NCBI GenBank assembly: GCA_017474235.1
Contig: JAFVIB010000002.1
Coordinates: 70,445 to 134,444 of the forward strand
Direction: 5' to 3'
Origin: Alistipes sp.
GTDB lineage: Bacteria > Bacteroidota > Bacteroidia > Bacteroidales > Rikenellaceae
Length of the DNA stretch: 64,000 bases
Below the pieces are notes generated by a model. The model searched no databases. It was not told where the DNA came from and worked only from the letters and a program-made list of their open reading frames with translations. The position numbers and the translations under genes are program-made. Below are positions 58,098 through 64,000 of this stretch, in pieces (the stretch's first letter is position 1; every line of letters starts with the position of its first letter).

Positions 58098-59405
58098 TTA
58101 CTTCATATAGCTTTTAATATAGTGGTGGTGGCTGCCGTAGCGGTTGAATGCTGCCTCGTCGAGTGCCTCCTGTGCTGATGGGTGAGCAACAGAGATGATA
58201 AGGCGAGCGCGCTCCTGAAGGCTCTTGCCGTAGAGATCTACTGCACCATTCTCGGTAACGAACCAGTGGATGTGGTTACGGGTTGTAACAACACCTGCAC
58301 CCTCAGTAAGAACATCAGAAATCTTTGATACACCCTTATTTGTGATAGATGGCATTGCGATAATTGCCTTACCACCCTTAGAGAGTGATGCACCATAGAT
58401 AAAGTCAATCTGACCACCTACGCCTGAGTAGAACTTACGACCAAGTGAGTCTGCACATACCTGACCTGTAAGATCGACCTGAAGTGCAGAGTTGATAGCA
58501 GTTACGCGGTCGTTCTTTGAGATTACATAAGGGTCGTTTGTATAGCCTACATCCATCATCAGTACGCCAGGGTTGTCATCGATAAAGTCATAAACGCGCT
58601 GTGAACCCATAAGGAAGGTAGAGACCATCTTACCCTTATCGATATTCTTTGCTGCGCCATTGATTACGCCCTTCTCAACGAGTGGAAGTACGCCATCGGC
58701 GAACATCTCGGTATGAACACCGAGGTTCTTGTGGTTGCCCAGCTGTGCAAGCACTGCGTTTGGAATAGCACCGATACCCATCTGAAGAGTTGCACCATCC
58801 TCGATAAGACCTGCGCAGAGATTACCAATCTTTGTCTCAACCTCGTTTGGCTCAGCAAAGTGTGCCTCCTCGAGTGGCTGATCGTCCTCTACAAAGAAGT
58901 TAATCTGTGAGCTGTGAATCATAGCGTCACCAAATGCACGAGGAACATACTTGTTTACCACAGCGATTACATAGTCTGCGCACTCAACAGCTGCAAGTGT
59001 AGCATCTACAGATGTTCCGAGAGATACATAGCCGTGCTTATCGGGTGTAGATACCTGAATCATTGCAACATTACAAGGCACTGCGCCGCTACGATAGAGC
59101 TTCTGAGTCTCGCTCAAGAAGATTGGAATATAGTCTGCATAGCCACTCTGTGTCACCTTACGAACATTTCCGCCCACGAAGAAAGAGTCGAGCTGGAAAA
59201 CGCCCTCAAACTCAGGATCTGCATAAGGTGCAGGACCCTCGGTGTGGAGGTGGTGGATGTGTACATCCTTAAGCTCGCCTGCGCGACCACGCTCGCACAT
59301 AGCCTTAATGAGGCACTGAGGTGCCGATGCTACTGAACTGAGGTGAATATGATCACCTGACTTGATTACCTTTACAGCCTCTTCTGCTGTTACAAATTTA
59401 ATCAT
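58098..59405 (-). CDS. Acetyl-CoA hydrolase/CoA-transferase family (4-hydroxybutyrate/butyrate CoA-transferase-like)
   Basis: LQMGIGAIPNAV, HTEM, SGVGGQIDF and VTENG motifs; 435 aa. Confidence 0.92.
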   Translation of the reverse strand: MIKFVTAEEAVKVIKSGDHIHLSSVASAPQCLIKAMCERGRAGELKDVHIHHLHTEGPAPYADPEFEGVFQLDSFFVGGNVRKVTQSGYADYIPIFLSETQKLYRSGAVPCNVAMIQVSTPDKHGYVSLGTSVDATLAAVECADYVIAVVNKYVPRAFGDAMIHSSQINFFVEDDQPLEEAHFAEPNEVETKIGNLCAGLIEDGATLQMGIGAIPNAVLAQLGNHKNLGVHTEMFADGVLPLVEKGVINGAAKNIDKGKMVSTFLMGSQRVYDFIDDNPGVLMMDVGYTNDPYVISKNDRVTAINSALQVDLTGQVCADSLGRKFYSGVGGQIDFIYGASLSKGGKAIIAMPSITNKGVSKISDVLTEGAGVVTTRNHIHWFVTENGAVDLYGKSLQERARLIISVAHPSAQEALDEAAFNRYGSHHHYIKSYMK

Positions 59406-59608
59406 AGCTCTTAATTATTTTAGTTAGGTTGTTAATATGTTCTTACAGAAGTTATTTGAATTTGTTTGCGAATTTATTTTATAGCTATTTGGTGACTATT
59501 TTTTCGTGTGATTTAAGGCGCATAGGGGTTCCTATGTAACGAAAATCATATGAAAAAATAGTCGTAAACAGCATAAAAGAGAGAGATAAATAAATTTTAA
59601 ACAACTTC

Positions 59609-62269
59609 TTACTTACGCTTTACCTCTACCTGCTCGTAGCCCTCGATGATATCGCCAATTTTGATGTCGTTGTAGGACTCGATATTCAGACCGCAATCGT
59701 GACCTGTCAGTACCTCCTTAACATCATCTTTAAATCGCTTGAGTGAGCCGAGGCGACCTGTGTGGATTACAATACCGTCACGGATGACGCGGATAGGGGT
59801 GTTACGCTGAATCTTACCCTCACGGACAATACCTCCGGCGATAGTTCCCACCTTTGAAATCTTGAAGGTCTCGAGTACCTCGATAGAGCAGACAATCTCC
59901 TCCTTCATCACCGGCTCGAGCATTCCCTCGATAGCGTCCTTAATCTCGTTGATAGCATCATAGATGATAGAGTAGAGGCGAATCTCAATCTCCTCCTTCT
60001 CTGCCAAACGACGGGCTGCTGCTGATGGACGCACCTGGAAGCCGACGATAATCGCATTAGAAGCTGTTGCAAGCAGTACATCGCTCTCCGAAATCTGACC
60101 TACGGCAGAGTGGATAACATTTACCTGTACAGTCTCCTTTGACAGCTTAATCAGTGAGCCTGACATAGCCTCTACAGAGCCGTCAACATCACCCTTAACG
60201 ATAATATTGAGCTCCTTGAACGAGCCGATAGCGATACGGCGACCAATCTCGTCGAGGGTCACATGCTTCTGAGTCATCAGACCCTGCATACGCTGCAACT
60301 GCTCACGCTTATTTGCCACTTCGCGAGCCGAGCGGTCATCCTCCATAACATTGAACGAGTCACCCGCCTGTGGAGCACCGTTAAGACCGAGCAGCTGAAC
60401 AGGTGTTGCAGGTCCTGCTGCGGTAACCTTCTTACCATTCTCGTCAAACATAGCCTTCACACGACCTGTATATGTTCCCGAGAGTACAACATCGCCTACA
60501 CGCAGAGTACCGTCCTGTACAAGCACTGTTGCAACATATCCACGACCCTTGTCGAGTGTAGATTCGATAACAGCACCCTTTGCGCGCTTGTTCGGATTTG
60601 CCTTCAGGTCGAGAAGCTCAGCCTCGAGGAGTACCTTCTCAAGCAGTTTGTCAAGGTTAAGACCCTGCTTCGCAGATACATCCTGACTCTGGTACTTACC
60701 ACCCCAATCCTCAACAAGGTAGTTCATATTTGCCAACTGCTCCTTAATGCGCTCAACATTAGCTGCCGGCTTATCAATCTTATTGATTGCAAATACCATA
60801 GGTACACCCGCTGCCTGTGCGTGGTTGATAGCCTCGATAGTCTGAGGCATCACGCTGTCATCGGCTGCAACGATAATAATAGCCACATCGGTAATCTTTG
60901 CACCACGAGCACGCATAGCGGTAAATGCCTCGTGACCCGGGGTGTCGAGGAAGGTAATCTTCTGACCATTCAACTCAACCGAGTAAGCACCGATGTGCTG
61001 AGTGATACCTCCAGCCTCGCCTGCGATAACATTGGTCTTACGGATATTGTCGAGCAATGAAGTCTTACCGTGATCGACATGACCCATAACTGTTACAATA
61101 GGTGGGCGTGGGAGCAGATCCTCTACATCATCTACCTCGTCATCGCCAATAGCCTCCTGAATCTCTACCGATACAAACTCTGTTGTAAAGCCAAACTCCT
61201 CGGCAACAACTACAAGTGCCTCGGCATCAAGACGCTGGTTGATAGATACCATAAGTCCGAGGTTCATACAAGCCGAGATGACCTCCATAGCAGAGACATT
61301 CATCATCGTTGCAAGCTCACTTACAGTTACAAACTCTGTAACCTTAAGCACCTTGCGCTCCATCTCCTCGCGCTCTACAGCCTCGTTCATACGCTCACGA
61401 ACCTCCTCGCGCTTCTCCTTACGGTATTTTGCACCCTTATTCTTCGCACCCTTGGCAGTCAGACGAGCAAGAGTATCCTTAACCTGCTTTGAAACCTCCT
61501 CGTCAGATACCTCCGGACGAATTATAGGCTTTGGCTGCGGCTTCTGATGCTTCTTCTTGCCGCCACCCTGCTGTTGCTGCTGATTATTGTTGTTGCCACC
61601 ATTCTGCTTATGCTCAGGGCGATTCTTCTTGCCACCGCCCTGCTGCTGTGGCTGCTGACGGGTGATGTCAATCTTCTCCTCCTTAATCTTCTTACGACGC
61701 TTGCCGCCCGGAACCATTCCCGATACATCTATCTTACCCAAAATCTGAGGACCGCTCAGTGTAGGGGTCTCGGTAGCGCGGAAAGCACCATTACTGCTCT
61801 GCTCCTTAACCTCTGTTGCAGGCTTAGGCTGCTGAACAGACTGTGGTTTAGGCTCTGCCTTTGGCTGTGGCTTAGGCTCGGATTTAACAACCGGCTTAGG
61901 CTCCTGCTTTGGCTGCGGCTTGATGACATTTCCCTTCTTGTCAAGCTCTACGCGACCGAGAATACGAGGCTGCTGCACCTCGGTCTTAACCTCGATAGTG
62001 CGCTTTGGCTCCTCTTTTGGCTCCTCGATAGAGATAGTAGCCTGCTTTGTAGAGATCTTCTCGCGAACACTGTCGCGAGCAGATGTAGAGGTGCGATTTG
62101 CACCAAACTCCTTCTCTACCATAGCGTATATATCTCCGCTAATCTGTGTATTAGGTGAGCCGTCAATAGCTACACCCTTCTTGTGCAAAAAGTCCGTTAC
62201 GGTGTTAAGACCTACTTTGAACTCCTTTGCAACTTGTATAAGGCGTAATTTCCTGTTTTCGTTCTCCAT
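59609..62269 (-). CDS. infB: Translation initiation factor IF-2
   Basis: [22 protein letters not shown] and DTPGHEAF motifs; start at the ATG of MENENRK. Confidence 0.99.
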   Translation of the reverse strand: MENENRKLRLIQVAKEFKVGLNTVTDFLHKKGVAIDGSPNTQISGDIYAMVEKEFGANRTSTSARDSVREKISTKQATISIEEPKEEPKRTIEVKTEVQQPRILGRVELDKKGNVIKPQPKQEPKPVVKSEPKPQPKAEPKPQSVQQPKPATEVKEQSSNGAFRATETPTLSGPQILGKIDVSGMVPGGKRRKKIKEEKIDITRQQPQQQGGGKKNRPEHKQNGGNNNNQQQQQGGGKKKHQKPQPKPIIRPEVSDEEVSKQVKDTLARLTAKGAKNKGAKYRKEKREEVRERMNEAVEREEMERKVLKVTEFVTVSELATMMNVSAMEVISACMNLGLMVSINQRLDAEALVVVAEEFGFTTEFVSVEIQEAIGDDEVDDVEDLLPRPPIVTVMGHVDHGKTSLLDNIRKTNVIAGEAGGITQHIGAYSVELNGQKITFLDTPGHEAFTAMRARGAKITDVAIIIVAADDSVMPQTIEAINHAQAAGVPMVFAINKIDKPAANVERIKEQLANMNYLVEDWGGKYQSQDVSAKQGLNLDKLLEKVLLEAELLDLKANPNKRAKGAVIESTLDKGRGYVATVLVQDGTLRVGDVVLSGTYTGRVKAMFDENGKKVTAAGPATPVQLLGLNGAPQAGDSFNVMEDDRSAREVANKREQLQRMQGLMTQKHVTLDEIGRRIAIGSFKELNIIVKGDVDGSVEAMSGSLIKLSKETVQVNVIHSAVGQISESDVLLATASNAIIVGFQVRPSAAARRLAEKEEIEIRLYSIIYDAINEIKDAIEGMLEPVMKEEIVCSIEVLETFKISKVGTIAGGIVREGKIQRNTPIRVIRDGIVIHTGRLGSLKRFKDDVKEVLTGHDCGLNIESYNDIKIGDIIEGYEQVEVKRK

Positions 62270-62344
62270 TATATATTTTCCTTTTTTATTAGACAATGTG
62301 TGTTTGTGTTACGAAAATCTCGTAACCGGATTCTGGGGAACGGA

Positions 62345-63586
62345 TTACTCCTCGCTCTGCTCCAACTCTCTCTCAAGAATTGCGATAATCTCCTCTGCCT
62401 GCTCAACCTCAAGGTCTGCACGCTCTGCAATCTCCTCTGCGCTGAGTGCAATTACAGCCTTTGCACGGTCAAGACCTACTGCTGAGAGTGCCTCAATCTG
62501 CCAATCCTCAATTACATCGGCAAACTCTGAAAGTGGGAAGTCGCCACCCTCGATGTTGCGATATACATCGATATTGTAGCCTGTAAGCATCTTTGAGAGC
62601 TTGATGTTCAGACCACCCTTACCGATAGCAAGTGATACCTGATCAGGGTCGAGATATACAGATGCTGTCATACGCTCCTCATCAACAACAATCTCGGTAG
62701 TCTTTGCCGGATTGAGTGAACGCTGAATGAGCAACTTGGTGTTTGAGGTGTAGTTGATAACATCGATATTCTCGTTGTGCAACTCCTTAACAATAGTATA
62801 GATACGCGCACCCTTCATACCTACACAAGAGCCTACAGGGTCAATGCGGTCGTCATAAGACTCAACAGCAACCTTTGCACGCTCGCCAGGGATGCGGGCA
62901 ATCTTCTTAATTGTAATAAGACCGTCGTAAATCTCAGGGACTTCAGCCTCAAAGAGACGCTCCAAGAACTGATTTGCAGTACGAGAGAGGATAATGCGAG
63001 GCTGGTTGTTGTTCATCTCAACACTCTTAACGATAGCCTTCAGCGTGTCGCCCTTGTGGTAGAACTCTCCCGGAATCTGCTCTGCGCGTGGCAGGATAAG
63101 CTCGTTGTCATCATCATCAAGGATAAGAACCTCCTTCTTCCATACCTGATAAATCTCGCCCGAAACAATCTCGCCCACGCGGTCACGGTACTTCTCATAG
63201 AGGGTAGCCTTCTCGAGGTCGAGAATACGAGATGCCAAATTCTGACGCAGTGAGAGAACTGCACGACGACCAAACGACTCAAAAGTGATAGAGTCTGTGT
63301 ACTCGTCGCCAACCTCATACGATGGGTCGATAGCCTGAATCTGTGAGAGTGAAATCTGACGAACATCATCCTCAAACTCCTCGTCGGCAACAACCACGCG
63401 ATTACGCCAAATCTCAAGGTCTCCCTTGTCGGCATTGATAATCACATCGAAGTTCTCATCTGTACCGTACTGCTTCTGAAGAGCGTGACGGAAGACATCC
63501 TCAAGCACGCCAATCATTGTTGACTTGTCGATGTTTTTCAGCTCCTTGAACTCTGCAAAGTTGCTGATAAGATTTAAATTGTTCAT
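62345..63586 (-). CDS. nusA: Transcription termination factor NusA
   Basis: ARIPGERAKVAV, DPVGSCVGMKG and SLAIGKGGLN motifs. Confidence 0.98.
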   Translation of the reverse strand: MNNLNLISNFAEFKELKNIDKSTMIGVLEDVFRHALQKQYGTDENFDVIINADKGDLEIWRNRVVVADEEFEDDVRQISLSQIQAIDPSYEVGDEYTDSITFESFGRRAVLSLRQNLASRILDLEKATLYEKYRDRVGEIVSGEIYQVWKKEVLILDDDDNELILPRAEQIPGEFYHKGDTLKAIVKSVEMNNNQPRIILSRTANQFLERLFEAEVPEIYDGLITIKKIARIPGERAKVAVESYDDRIDPVGSCVGMKGARIYTIVKELHNENIDVINYTSNTKLLIQRSLNPAKTTEIVVDEERMTASVYLDPDQVSLAIGKGGLNIKLSKMLTGYNIDVYRNIEGGDFPLSEFADVIEDWQIEALSAVGLDRAKAVIALSAEEIAERADLEVEQAEEIIAILERELEQSEE

Positions 63587-63601
63587 TGTCTTGTCTTTAT
63601 A

Positions 63602-64000
63602 TTATTTGTAATCTAAATATTCCTTTGCACTCTTGATCTCTTCAAAAGCAATCTCGCGCACAATATGCTGCAACTCCTTGCGCTTCTTGCCCTCAATGGC
63701 AACCTTCTCGTCGTATGATACCGTAATACCACCCTCTGTTGCCTCATCAAGCGTTCCTAAAATCTTCACGCCATCTTTCAGCAGCACCTCAATAGGCGAA
63801 CCCTCAATCTTCTTGTATTGGCGCAATAACTTGAGCGGCTCTCCAATGCCCGCCGATGCAACCGTAAGCGAAAAATCCTCTACATCGCGGTCAAATACCG
63901 CATCCACCGCACGCGATACCGCAACGCAAGTGTCAATGCTTACCCTGCTGTCAGCATCAAGAATTAGCGAAATCTCATTTGATGGGGTAGATGTACACTC
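63602..64000 (-). CDS. rimP: Ribosome maturation factor RimP (5' end outside the window)
   Basis: The frame stays open to the window edge: ...SIDTCVAVSRAV...FSLTVASAGIGEPL; directly upstream of nusA. Confidence 0.93.
   Translation of the reverse strand, partial: ECTSTPSNEISLILDADSRVSIDTCVAVSRAVDAVFDRDVEDFSLTVASAGIGEPLKLLRQYKKIEGSPIEVLLKDGVKILGTLDEATEGGITVSYDEKVAIEGKKRKELQHIVREIAFEEIKSAKEYLDYK

Larger units (their letters stand above)
57048..58121. mobile_element. Integrase-less cassette bounded by a 19-bp direct repeat
   Basis: TCATATAGCTTTTAATATA at 57048-57066 and 58103-58121, the second inside the CoA-transferase 3' end; AT-rich cargo gene. Confidence 0.45.

Noticed and set aside
56890-58128. 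Canonical integron cassette or attC site
   Set aside because: The foldbacks lack RYYYAAC/GTTRRRY ends and there is no IntI in the window.
61520-62000. Gln/Gly/Asn-rich and PKPQ-type repeats in IF-2
   Set aside because: This is the ordinary low-complexity N-terminal region of IF-2.

Overview
Chromosomal segment of a Bacteroidales bacterium, probably Rikenellaceae/Alistipes-like. This is inferred from TAnnTTTG promoter boxes, the LpxC-FabZ fusion, lipoprotein signals and gene order. Most of the window is housekeeping: yceD-rpmF-plsX, rpsF-rpsR-rplI, mlaEF, gap, a long RSH, thiL, adk, lpxC/fabZ-lpxA, korAB, tsaD, tamB, exbBD-tonB, hup, rne/rng, mfd, coaX-OMP-TPR-lptC-tlyC-ppiD and rimP-nusA-infB. 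I found no rRNA, tRNA, CRISPR, integrase, transposase or reverse transcriptase. Five things stand out. (1) A radical SAM/SPASM enzyme follows two lipoprotein genes that share an EYG[T/C]P motif; one is a 53-aa ORF missing from the ORF track, making this a candidate lipid-anchored, post-translationally modified surface peptide system. (2) A family of ~128-bp centred palindromes with covarying stems sits at or just after stop codons of at least six genes. (3) A ~1.05-kb integrase-less lipoprotein cassette is bounded by a 19-bp duplication of the last codons of a CoA-transferase gene and by duplicated foldback 3' regions. (4) The long RSH has an intact hydrolase but an apparently dead synthetase. 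(5) Several other long intergenic foldbacks are present. Family names were recognised by eye and not confirmed by any database search.
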